64,000 bases of DNA, from the sequence record LC788711.1; one strand, 5' to 3'. The notes under the pieces are model-generated. The model was not told the DNA's origin and did not search any database. It was given only the letters and a program-made list of their open reading frames with translations. Both the position numbers and the translations under genes were made by a program. Numbering within the stretch: the first letter of the stretch is position 1; each line of letters begins with the position of its first letter. This document shows positions 55,356 to 64,000 of this stretch, piece after piece. Source of the stretch: Escherichia coli phage NG_S8.

Positions 55356-56123
55356 TTAGGTTCCTTGATTAACCTTGATTTTATATCTAGAGTGAATCAG
55401 GTCTCTTGCAGCTTTTGCGATTGCCTCCCCAATAAGTTTTTGAGGGTTTCGAGCGCCAGGGTAAGGTCGTAGAGAAAGTCTTCGATATGTAGAAACTGCG
55501 GGGTTGAACACAGAGTAAGGACGAACCATATAGTTATACGTCACATTCAGCTCTGGAGCACCTTTACTAGTTTCTGCATCACGTAGCATAACGTCTTTAA
55601 TCTTTAAGGAGTTAGCAAAGCGACCAGTTCTGAACTTCAATGGTGCCCCTGCTTTTTTCATATCCTTGATTAAATATTCCTTAGCAACTATCTCAAGAAT
55701 AGCACGCATGTTACTGTTCGATACGAAACGACCGGAAGCACCTGTTACTGCACCAGAATAGCCATCTTCAGTATCTCTAGGATCTCCAAAGTTTACCTGA
55801 ACTCTACCGGTAGAACGTTTTTTACCAGCAGCAGAACGTTTACCTGCTGTTGCTTGAATTAAATTCTCTAGAGCGCCTAAATCACCAGAAAGATCTAAAT
55901 TAGAAGAAACAGCCTTCAGTATAGATGCTGTCCTAACATTTAATAAGTCTTGAGATACTGGTTTTGAGAATTTGAAAGATACCTGTGCAACTGTACCATC
56001 TCTTGTAGGATCTTTCAAACCTGTCTCAACTGTATACACAACAGTATTCTTATTATTCTCAGATCGTCCTGCAGTATCTAGCTGCTCTTTAATAATTTGT
56101 CTAGCTAGATCAGAAAGAGCCAT
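55356..56123 (-). CDS. neck / tail completion protein (T5 p143-like)
   Basis: 255 aa; synteny between head completion and tail terminator genes. Confidence 0.55.
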   Translation of the reverse strand: MALSDLARQIIKEQLDTAGRSENNKNTVVYTVETGLKDPTRDGTVAQVSFKFSKPVSQDLLNVRTASILKAVSSNLDLSGDLGALENLIQATAGKRSAAGKKRSTGRVQVNFGDPRDTEDGYSGAVTGASGRFVSNSNMRAILEIVAKEYLIKDMKKAGAPLKFRTGRFANSLKIKDVMLRDAETSKGAPELNVTYNYMVRPYSVFNPAVSTYRRLSLRPYPGARNPQKLIGEAIAKAARDLIHSRYKIKVNQGT

Positions 56124-56635
56124 TATACTCTCCTGTAGACTTCGATGATTGTACGAATATGCTCTGGAATACCAGACTTAGTATTGTTAAACGTAACTGT
56201 CTCACCACCAATAGTCTTGGCTTGACGATAATCTTGCTTATGCCAGTGGTCTACTAACAGACATGCTGCCAGTTTAAGATCTTCAGGCATTGGATTGAAA
56301 CCACCTTGAGTATACTCTACATCCATATACCCTTCAGGAGGATTAAACTTAAGAAGAATAACACCATCAGGATACAGTTTAAACTGTTCCGGGTCTATTT
56401 CATTCTCGTTAATAGTCATCTTTGTAATAGATGTGGCTGAGGGAGAACTCAGGAAATATTTCCTACGGCTAGGTTTAGTAGTGATTAATTGATCTACCGC
56501 ATCCGCGTCGTCCATACCTAAAAGGCTAGTAATCAGCGTATTGGCAGATTTAATCATCATATCTACTTGAGTTTCAATTTCAGGACGTTTTGCGTTAGCA
56601 TATAGTCTGTAATCTTCAACAGTGATGATTTGCAT
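56123..56635 (-). CDS. head completion / head-tail adaptor protein (T5 p144-like)
   Basis: 170 aa; immediately downstream of the capsid gene and its terminator. Confidence 0.55.
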   Translation of the reverse strand: MQIITVEDYRLYANAKRPEIETQVDMMIKSANTLITSLLGMDDADAVDQLITTKPSRRKYFLSSPSATSITKMTINENEIDPEQFKLYPDGVILLKFNPPEGYMDVEYTQGGFNPMPEDLKLAACLLVDHWHKQDYRQAKTIGGETVTFNNTKSGIPEHIRTIIEVYRRV

Positions 56636-56644
56636 TTATTTTTT

Positions 56645-56676
56645 CCCAATAAAAAAGGAGAGCCGAAGCTCTCCTT
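56645..56676 (-). terminator. intrinsic terminator after the major capsid gene
   Basis: Minus strand: AAGGAGAGC-TTCG-GCTCTCCTT then TTTTTTATTGGGAAAAAATAA-ATG. Confidence 0.7.
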
Positions 56677-56695
56677 ATCGGCTGAAAAGCCTGTA

Positions 56696-58072
56696 TTAAG
56701 CGGCAGCGTAAGCACCAGATACAACGCCGTTTTCGAAGTAACGTTGCAGGTTAACACGCTGGGTAACGTAGTATGCGTCACGCTGTTTGCCAGCTTGGCG
56801 CTCACGTTCAACAGTAACGGCACGCTGACGCGGCATTACAAAGTTATCTTTATAAACAATAACTGCGAATTCAGCGGAAGCAGCTTTAGCTGGGAAGTAC
56901 TCAGAAACTACAACCGGCAGACCGTAAATACGACCAACCTGACCCTGCAGTTTAACAGCATCGTTACCAACCTGGGCAACATCCTGCCATTCTTCATCTT
57001 CCAGCAGATCGTAGTAAGCATCCATAGATACGATCAGTACCAGTTTGCTCAGTTTCAGACCGTGACGGCCCAGTTTACGACGCAGCTTGGAGATAGTCTT
57101 AGCAGTTACCAGAACAGAACCGTCAGCTTTAGCTTCGGTAACAACCTTAGCACCATCATCAGCAGCCAGTTTCAGCAGACCCTTAGGCTGACCAGTACCA
57201 TTACCGGACATGAAAGCTTCTTCGATAGAAACAGCGTGTGCTTCGATCAGACGCTTACGCAGCAGAGGCAGCAGGGAGAAGATTGCATCTTCTTCAGTTT
57301 CATCAGTGATGAAGGACTTAGCAGCCAGCTTGTAAGTTTTGAAGCTGATTTCAGTCAGTTGACCTTTAACTTCGTCACCAACAGTTTCGTCAGTACCGAA
57401 TTTGGAAGCATCTACCCAAGTAGCACGACCAGCTTCTGGTTCAACGAGCATAGTAAGGATTTTGCTGGACATTGGCAGTTCATCGAACAGTGCACCAACT
57501 ACCAGTTCCTTCTGCAGGTCACGGATAATACGGGTAGAGAAGATAGTTTCGTATGCTTCGCTAGACATGGAAACGGAAGAAGAACCGTTAACAGCTTTAA
57601 CGTGAGCCTTACCATGTTCAGTTTCGAATACGTCTTTCTCCATCATATAAGACAGAAGAACCAGTTTCTCAACTTCATCTTCGAAAGCATCCTGAGTGCC
57701 ATAAAGAGCTTTAGCTACGCTATCACCAACGAAGGAACGACCTTCACGAGCTGCCAACAGAGACTTGATTTCGTCCTGAAGACCAACGATGGTTTCCTGC
57801 TGCTTTTCTACAGTCTGTGCAAACAGTTCTGCGCTCTTCTTAGACTTCTCGTCCAGGTTCTTAACCAGATCCAGAGCCTCTTCCAGACGCTTACGGTCTT
57901 CACCAACAGCTTTAGATACTAGGTCATTCATACGAGACAGTTCTTTTTCTTCCTGCTCTTCACGCAGACGCTTAGCTTCCGCAGCTTTCTGAGCAGCAGT
58001 CAGACCTTCCAGAGATTTAGCCAGATCACCCAGACCAAGTTCTTCCTTCAGCTTATTAATATCAATAGTCAT
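56696..58072 (-). CDS. major capsid protein (T5 pb8-like, HK97 fold expected)
   Basis: 458 aa, the length I recall for T5 pb8; N-terminal coiled-coil delta-like domain; follows the protease gene. Confidence 0.85.
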   Translation of the reverse strand: MTIDINKLKEELGLGDLAKSLEGLTAAQKAAEAKRLREEQEEKELSRMNDLVSKAVGEDRKRLEEALDLVKNLDEKSKKSAELFAQTVEKQQETIVGLQDEIKSLLAAREGRSFVGDSVAKALYGTQDAFEDEVEKLVLLSYMMEKDVFETEHGKAHVKAVNGSSSVSMSSEAYETIFSTRIIRDLQKELVVGALFDELPMSSKILTMLVEPEAGRATWVDASKFGTDETVGDEVKGQLTEISFKTYKLAAKSFITDETEEDAIFSLLPLLRKRLIEAHAVSIEEAFMSGNGTGQPKGLLKLAADDGAKVVTEAKADGSVLVTAKTISKLRRKLGRHGLKLSKLVLIVSMDAYYDLLEDEEWQDVAQVGNDAVKLQGQVGRIYGLPVVVSEYFPAKAASAEFAVIVYKDNFVMPRQRAVTVERERQAGKQRDAYYVTQRVNLQRYFENGVVSGAYAAA

Positions 58073-58089
58073 TTTTAAATAATTCTCCG

Positions 58090-58722
58090 TTATTCTTTAA
58101 CGTAGCCTAAAGCTATCGCAAGTTTTTCTAGTTCAGAAAGATTACGTTCTTGAGCTGGGACAGCCTTAGAACTTGTTGCAGTAAAAGATTTGCGCCATTC
58201 AGTGTAATCATGGCCATTCATACTCTTAGCGAGGTTGAACGTTGAGTCCTGATTACAGGGTACAGAAACTACCGAAACTTCGTATAGTTCTAAATCTTTA
58301 ATAATAAATATGTCAGTAGCTTCATCCCATTCTGCGTCTAGGCAGCGGAATCCGATACTGAAGGTTTTCAGTACACCGTTTTTAATTAGTGAAAAGATAG
58401 CTGGATCAGAACTTTCATAAATCTCGCATTCAATTTCGAGACCCATTTCAGTAGGGTTAAGATCAATACACTTGCCGATTGGACGACGATGGTCGTGGCC
58501 GAAAAGAATAATCGGGTTTTTCATGTAGTTAGCAAGTGCATTAGACGTTTTCCATGCCGAAGCAGGAATTACGTCACCAGCGCGATCTTTACTAATTGTA
58601 TTAGCGAATCCACGGATTTTTACAACACCCTCTTTGGATTCGCTATCAATAGACTTAATGTAAGCGTCTAAATGAACCGGTGCTGATTTTAACTTGTTAT
58701 AGTCAATAGCAGCATTTGTCAT
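58090..58722 (-). CDS. prohead maturation protease (T5 pb11-like)
   Basis: 210 aa, the length I recall for T5 pb11; between decoration and capsid genes. Confidence 0.75.
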   Translation of the reverse strand: MTNAAIDYNKLKSAPVHLDAYIKSIDSESKEGVVKIRGFANTISKDRAGDVIPASAWKTSNALANYMKNPIILFGHDHRRPIGKCIDLNPTEMGLEIECEIYESSDPAIFSLIKNGVLKTFSIGFRCLDAEWDEATDIFIIKDLELYEVSVVSVPCNQDSTFNLAKSMNGHDYTEWRKSFTATSSKAVPAQERNLSELEKLAIALGYVKE

Positions 58723-58725
58723 TTA

Positions 58726-59208
58726 TTAAACCTCCGGCGCAGGGTTGATAGTTGTTACACACTCATTAGAAGTAATGGAAGTAGATTTACTATCCGTTAC
58801 AACAACTTTGTAAGTACCAGAGTCTTCTGCAGCAGCTGTAGCTTTGTTGAAATTAGGGCCAGTAACACCACTTAGTGGAGAACCGTCTTTAGTCCAAGCA
58901 TAAGTATATGGTGCAGTACCACCAGTAACTGTTACGCCCAGATTAATTGCTGCACCAGTATCAACAGCTAGAGTTTTAGCCAGATTCTTCGTGAAAGCTA
59001 GAGCCGGAACAACCGGAACAGTAACTTCGTATGCTTCTTTGAACTTATTCCAAACCTTGCGGTTGGTATGTGCAGTGGTCATTCCAAACTCTTTACGTAG
59101 AGTAGCGTAGTTTGGAACGAACTTGTGTGCTGCAACCGTAGCAAAGAAGATATGAGATTCTGGCAGCTTTTCACCAAAAATGGCCTTTAGACCATCATAA
59201 TCAATCAT
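58726..59208 (-). CDS. capsid decoration protein with Ig-like domain (T5 pb10-like)
   Basis: 160 aa; C-terminal Ig-like segment (GTAPYTYAWTKDGSPL...SGTYKVVVTD). Confidence 0.7.
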   Translation of the reverse strand: MIDYDGLKAIFGEKLPESHIFFATVAAHKFVPNYATLRKEFGMTTAHTNRKVWNKFKEAYEVTVPVVPALAFTKNLAKTLAVDTGAAINLGVTVTGGTAPYTYAWTKDGSPLSGVTGPNFNKATAAAEDSGTYKVVVTDSKSTSITSNECVTTINPAPEV

Positions 59209-60422
59209 TCTTTATCCCCATCGGCAGTGCCTTGCGGTCTACCACCTTCTTGACCAGATACACCTGTTGCAGAACCAGCAACGTTAGCAGGAATACGAAT
59301 CTTATTCATCTGCTCATCATCTAAAGGTTCAAGGTTAAGCTCTTCACGAGCCTCGTTACCAGTCATGATACCGTTATTAACCAAAGAGGTTAAATGTTTA
59401 GCCTCAGCTTCTTTATCTGGCGTCAGTGCAGCTACTTCCTTAGTATTAGGAGTAACCTTGTAGCCAAAGAAGAAAGTAAGAGAACTAGTCAGCTTGTTCA
59501 GCATAGGAATGATAGTCATGTAATAGAACAATTCGATGTTTGGTCGAATGTTAGCATTATTACCACCATCAAGTAACACTTGCGGAACACCAAAGGCAAG
59601 ACAGATGGATTTATTAAATCCTTCGATATCTTCCTTGAAGTCTAGATCTTTAAAAGAGGATATTTGGGAGTACGGTTTTGCTTTCATACCACCATCTAGA
59701 ATCAGGACAGTAGACTGACCAGTACTAGGATTATAATCGAGTTGTAATTCTTCTTGTTTACGCTCACGCAATTTCTTGTTCAGGATTTCATCCGTCTCAA
59801 GAATAAGACCAATCACAGTGCCGTTATCGAGGAACTTCTCTTTAAAGTTAAGCATTTTAGAACGCTTCTCAAGAGAGTCAATAACTGTAGCAACACGAGA
59901 TTGTCCAGAAATTTGGGAGTTTGTGCCACACACGTAACTGTTATCCTTTATAAAGATAATCTCATCTACGCGATAGTCTATCTGGTTATTAAATATGAAT
60001 TTTTTGATAAACTTATTGGCATCTGCCTCTACTTGCATTAGTGCAGCAGGGACATGGTAAAGTGCTGTGCCATCCCAATAGATGTATGCACAACCCTCAA
60101 AAAGTAGGTCAGTGACTACAAGTCTACGGAATGTGCTTATATCCATGAATGGATTAGGTCGTACATTTAAGAGAGTGTCTAGAGTCTTTGCCTTGACGCC
60201 ATTAGCGTACGTGACAATATTATATTTATCTCCGACAGTATAAGAACACTCCGCCGCACTATCGATAACCATGTTAGCAGTTCGGTTGAGAATCTCAATC
60301 TTACTGTAGGCTTGTCCAGTGGTAAATGGCTTACGGTTAGTGCGATGACTAACTGGTTCCATGTCTCTTATAATACGTTGACCCGGATTTAGCTTTTCAG
60401 TAATCCAGCTTTTTAAACCCAT
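59205..60422 (-). CDS. portal protein (T5 pb7-like)
   Basis: 405 aa; follows the terminase and HNH genes. Confidence 0.8.
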   Translation of the reverse strand: MGLKSWITEKLNPGQRIIRDMEPVSHRTNRKPFTTGQAYSKIEILNRTANMVIDSAAECSYTVGDKYNIVTYANGVKAKTLDTLLNVRPNPFMDISTFRRLVVTDLLFEGCAYIYWDGTALYHVPAALMQVEADANKFIKKFIFNNQIDYRVDEIIFIKDNSYVCGTNSQISGQSRVATVIDSLEKRSKMLNFKEKFLDNGTVIGLILETDEILNKKLRERKQEELQLDYNPSTGQSTVLILDGGMKAKPYSQISSFKDLDFKEDIEGFNKSICLAFGVPQVLLDGGNNANIRPNIELFYYMTIIPMLNKLTSSLTFFFGYKVTPNTKEVAALTPDKEAEAKHLTSLVNNGIMTGNEAREELNLEPLDDEQMNKIRIPANVAGSATGVSGQEGGRPQGTADGDKE

Positions 60423-60946
60423 TATAAGAACCTTGCGAATCCTGATTTAGTTTCAGTCTTGACTTGTGTCTTTTCTTGAGGATTCTGTAGCTTTTCCTTT
60501 TGTTTAAGAACCCATGCCTTCTGCTTATTAGCAGAAAAAAGGGGAGGTTCCTTAGTGTACACCTTATGTAATAGTTGGTGATGGTGGACACAAAGGGTAA
60601 CAGTGTCATCTACTAGCTCATGCCTATATCTTTCATAGAATGCCGTCCTATTTGAGAGGACTGTTTCTTCGTCAGTGAAATCCAATTGGAGTTCTTTAGC
60701 AAATTTTTTAACTAGTAGAGACACTGTATGGTAATGATGAAGCTCTAATTCTTCACCACAACCACAGATTTCGCAGCGATCGGCTTTTTTATATTGACTT
60801 TTTATACCGTCTCGCATGAGTGATATAGCATCACGTTTATATTTTACATTTCCTGCCACAGTATTCTCCTCAACTGTATGAATATAGTATACATAATCAT
60901 GTCGAATTTGTAAAGGGGATTTTAAAATGCAGGAATGGGATACCAA
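60422..60946 (-). CDS. HNH endonuclease
   Basis: CEICGCGEELELHHYH...N...LCVHHHQLLH: HNH motif with Zn-binding Cys/His pairs; 174 aa. Confidence 0.8.
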   Translation of the reverse strand: MVSHSCILKSPLQIRHDYVYYIHTVEENTVAGNVKYKRDAISLMRDGIKSQYKKADRCEICGCGEELELHHYHTVSLLVKKFAKELQLDFTDEETVLSNRTAFYERYRHELVDDTVTLCVHHHQLLHKVYTKEPPLFSANKQKAWVLKQKEKLQNPQEKTQVKTETKSGFARFL

Positions 60947-60973
60947 CTGAGTAGTATCCCATCCTATACTTAT

Positions 60974-62290
60974 TTATTTCCCACGGGAAATTGAGTAAAT
61001 TCCATAACGCAGTGCGTCACAAAGGTGAGAGTTTGCATCATGACGTGGTTTTTCACGTGATAATTTCTCTTCGCCTTCCTGGAAGTCCCACTTGTAGTTC
61101 GCTAGGGCGTGGATCAATGAGGTACATGAAGCATCTACGATAATCTTACCTTGCTGGAACAGTGCTTGTAGGCATGCCAGACCATCTAGGACAGATTTCT
61201 TAGCAGGAGCAGAAGCGATTTCATGTTCATATGCTAAGTCCTGACGGAACTGAGCAGCAGCGGAGTCTACAAATATACGATCAACATTATAACGATCTAT
61301 GCAGTGTTGGATATAAGCAGCGTGTTGAGCTGTAGTCTTTTCAGCTTGCTGATATTCTTCCAGTACGTAATAAACATCAGTATCATAGTGATACTTGATA
61401 GTAAGAACTGCTGTAGGGTCACGATAACCAACGTCGATACCAAGTAATGTTTCGAAAGCCTCATCATCTTTAAAGAAGTGGCGCATACCTTTGAGGTCTT
61501 TAACATGTTCGATAGCATTGAAGGTGTCAAAGATCTGACCTTCGAATACAGAGAAGTCAGCCTCATATTCTTGACGGAAGTAGTTTTTACTAACAGTACG
61601 ACGCGCTTCTTCGATATCGTTCAGATCAGCACGTGGGTTATCACGATATGTACCATGAATAGATACCCAGTTAGGTAGAGTTTCGTTAAATCCTTTCTCA
61701 TAGAACTCTTTAAACCAGTTACCACCACGAGGTGTGGAAATAAACAGAGCTTTAGAGTTTGGCTTATCTAGAGTAGGACGTAACTGAATATCGAAAGCTG
61801 CACCACCAACGTCGGAAATCGCTGCTTCGTCAAAAATGATGAAGTCATATGAACGACCAACCGCGGAGTCAGCCTGCGCCGCAGAAGCCAGCTTAAAGAG
61901 AGAACCATTCGCTAGTTCAATCTCTTTATCTTTTGCGTTCTCACGTTCAGTCTGTAATCCATACTTCTTAATAAGACCACGAATCTGTGACCAACCTATG
62001 TTAGCCAGTGAGTAGTTAGGTGCAACTACCAGCACCTTCACATTGGGTTCCAGAAGTTTTAGGAACCCAAGTGTATATGCGATGAATGACTTACCTACAC
62101 GACGTGATACACATGCAGTCACGAAGCGGTGTCTTGGGTCTCCCAGCGCATTAATGATTGCAATCTGAGGGGCATTAGGTGTAATTCCCTCTTGAGCTAG
62201 AATGCTAGAGACTGGCAGACGGAAGAATCGTTTGTCAATACCAAAGTCAATAACATCTGTGGTGTTAATATAGTCTCTAGAGACTTTCAT
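60974..62290 (-). CDS. terL: terminase large subunit
   Basis: Walker A RRVGKSF, Walker B DFIIFDEAA, C-terminal nuclease region; 438 aa, the length I recall for T5 TerL. Confidence 0.9.
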   Translation of the reverse strand: MKVSRDYINTTDVIDFGIDKRFFRLPVSSILAQEGITPNAPQIAIINALGDPRHRFVTACVSRRVGKSFIAYTLGFLKLLEPNVKVLVVAPNYSLANIGWSQIRGLIKKYGLQTERENAKDKEIELANGSLFKLASAAQADSAVGRSYDFIIFDEAAISDVGGAAFDIQLRPTLDKPNSKALFISTPRGGNWFKEFYEKGFNETLPNWVSIHGTYRDNPRADLNDIEEARRTVSKNYFRQEYEADFSVFEGQIFDTFNAIEHVKDLKGMRHFFKDDEAFETLLGIDVGYRDPTAVLTIKYHYDTDVYYVLEEYQQAEKTTAQHAAYIQHCIDRYNVDRIFVDSAAAQFRQDLAYEHEIASAPAKKSVLDGLACLQALFQQGKIIVDASCTSLIHALANYKWDFQEGEEKLSREKPRHDANSHLCDALRYGIYSISRGK

Positions 62291-62772
62291 TATCTCTTAC
62301 CTCCTCCTGCTAGAGCGGTAATAAGATTCATATAGTTTTCGTCACCACTTCCAGCAATAATATTATTCTGAATATTAGTCTGGTTAGCCGGAGTACGGGC
62401 TGCTGCCTTCACTTTCTCCAGTTCTACCATCATTTTCATTTCTTCCATCTTCATCTTGTGCGCCTTCCAGAGAATATCCATGATATCCTGGTCAGAACCC
62501 ATGCCAGTTTCTTCGAGTTCTTCCAACTTGCGCTTGATAACTTCATCAAGAACTCCGAATAAGCGGTCACGATTACGGAAGCCGCTTTCCATAAAGATAT
62601 CGTTAAGATAGTTTTTAACTTCCCCACGATTCATTATATCACGGAATGCAATCTCGGACATTCCAAGACTACGAGCGGCGGCAGGAACATCACTACCGCA
62701 CTGTAAATAGGCTTCAATAACATCCATGCCTTCGGGAGACATGAGATCGGGAACTAATACATCATTTGCCAT
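62290..62772 (-). CDS. putative terminase small subunit
   Basis: 160 aa; HTH-like [17 protein letters not shown]; immediately upstream of and coupled to terL. Confidence 0.65.
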   Translation of the reverse strand: MANDVLVPDLMSPEGMDVIEAYLQCGSDVPAAARSLGMSEIAFRDIMNRGEVKNYLNDIFMESGFRNRDRLFGVLDEVIKRKLEELEETGMGSDQDIMDILWKAHKMKMEEMKMMVELEKVKAAARTPANQTNIQNNIIAGSGDENYMNLITALAGGGKR

Positions 62773-62782
62773 ATATCCTCCT

Positions 62783-64000
62783 TTAGGTTAGGCGTTGAAC
62801 TGTTACACGTAGTCTTGGCAAGAAAACAGCTGCCGCTTCTGCAGCGTGAATGATAACACCCAACTCAACGTTGCCATTACCAAGGTTTTTAATAGTATAA
62901 ATATATCCGTTCCTACGGAAAGCAAACTCATCAGGCCTACTAGCCCAAGTTTGTGTATAACTATAGGAAGTTGTACTGTGATAAGGTACTAGATATCCAG
63001 GTGGCAGAGTAAGAATCTGGTGGAATACACCATCACCAGCTGTATAACTTTGTTGACGTCTACCCTGTACCTGCCAAGCGCTACCGCCGTAAGTACGCAC
63101 AGGCATTCCAGCAGTATTAAGATTACCCATAATAACTTCAGTAGTTAATATAACAGTAGAGTGAGCATTTGGTAATCCCAACCAAACTGTGGCCAAAGGT
63201 GTGTAGAAGTCACCAGCACCAGGGTAGGATGGAGTTATATCGTCCCCTACATAAGTACTTGCAACGTTGCCTGGGAATAACCTGAGGGGTACAGTACTAG
63301 GACTCCACACAGGTCCATGTTCATTACCAATGGAGTTGGTATTAGTATCTACATACCATTGTTTACCTACACCAAATTTATATAAGCTAATTTGAGAAGC
63401 TGCACCACCATAGTTAACAGGAGACCACAACCCGCCATTACTAGAGCCGATAAATTCACATCGTGCAGTATTATCACCAAAAACTCCGGTATACGCAGCG
63501 TTATTACCAACATACTCCATATCAGGGCGATAGCCTAAGTTTCCGAAAGCATTCTGGTTAATGAATTTATATCCTGTATTTGGTAAACTAACACCTTTAA
63601 TAGTAAAGTTAGATGGAGATATTAGGATATCTGAACCGGTAAATGGATTACCAGAAACTCCCATACTACCATTAGAATAGCGCAGATTTAGCACATACCA
63701 AATAACCTTAGTTGGCGTAACGTTATACCAGTCCTGTACATATACCTTTCTAGCAGACTGAGCAGCCATATTAGAAGTAGAACCTCTACAAACATATATT
63801 TTTTCTGGGTATGCAGGAGATTGGTAAAGAACGTTTACGTTATCTGGTAGTACGCCTTTTTTACCTGCGAAGCCACGAATATTAGAACTACAAACATAAA
63901 ACCAATCATGGCCTCTACCAGCAGAACCAATAGGCGCCTGCCAGTTAGGTTCCCAATAATCTGCGTTACCACCATCTAAAGGAACAGTAGAGACACCAGT
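62783..64000 (-). CDS. Gly/Asn/Thr/Tyr-rich structural protein, 5'-truncated at the window edge (possible receptor-binding or fibre protein)
   Basis: Minus-strand frame is open from 62783 through 64000 (the track Met at 63769 is internal); composition typical of fibre/receptor-binding proteins. Confidence 0.5.
   Translation of the reverse strand, partial: TGVSTVPLDGGNADYWEPNWQAPIGSAGRGHDWFYVCSSNIRGFAGKKGVLPDNVNVLYQSPAYPEKIYVCRGSTSNMAAQSARKVYVQDWYNVTPTKVIWYVLNLRYSNGSMGVSGNPFTGSDILISPSNFTIKGVSLPNTGYKFINQNAFGNLGYRPDMEYVGNNAAYTGVFGDNTARCEFIGSSNGGLWSPVNYGGAASQISLYKFGVGKQWYVDTNTNSIGNEHGPVWSPSTVPLRLFPGNVASTYVGDDITPSYPGAGDFYTPLATVWLGLPNAHSTVILTTEVIMGNLNTAGMPVRTYGGSAWQVQGRRQQSYTAGDGVFHQILTLPPGYLVPYHSTTSYSYTQTWASRPDEFAFRRNGYIYTIKNLGNGNVELGVIIHAAEAAAVFLPRLRVTVQRLT

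Noticed and set aside
56630-57922. 430 aa plus-strand ORF antisense to the major capsid gene
   Set aside because: The capsid assignment is supported by size and synteny; the antisense frame is Phe/Ser/Leu-rich with no start context.

Overview
This 64 kb window reads as a contiguous piece of a T5-like siphophage genome (Tequintavirus-type, Demerecviridae). The assignment rests on gene content and order, on ORF lengths that match what I recall for T5 structural proteins, and on a promoter at 20367-20395 that matches the T5 PN25 promoter as I remember it; none of this was checked against a database. There are three transcription blocks. (1) 1-11.25 kb, minus strand: early nucleotide-metabolism genes (RNase H, thymidylate synthase, DHFR, NrdB, NrdA, PhoH) plus unknowns, including an HslV/proteasome-beta-like Ntn hydrolase. 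(2) 11.6-38.6 kb, plus strand: early and replication genes (NrdD, a Sir2-like protein, PC4-like protein, NAD-dependent DNA ligase split into two genes, D5-like DNA-binding protein, DnaB-like helicase, primase, family A DNA polymerase, two further helicases, SbcD/SbcC, flap endonuclease, dUTPase), driven by at least ten near-consensus sigma70 promoters, most with a conserved leader. (3) 38.9-64 kb, minus strand: late morphogenesis genes (L-shaped tail fibre, collar, pb4, pb3, pb9, tape measure, chaperones, tail tube, capsid, protease, decoration protein, portal, HNH endonuclease, terminase), ending in a gene truncated at the window edge. Blocks 2 and 3 converge on a bidirectional terminator followed by a 250 bp non-coding stretch with a T16 run and heptamer repeats. 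I found no tRNA, rRNA, CRISPR array, integrase or transposase. The best candidate for something undescribed is the accessory island at 13.5-17.35 kb: a zinc-ribbon-less Sir2-like protein, several small ORFs, a frameshifted HAD-like phosphatase, a tandem pair of paralogs and about 600 bp of promoter-driven non-coding sequence. The HslV-like hydrolase and the repeated terminator-leader modules in the late operon are next.
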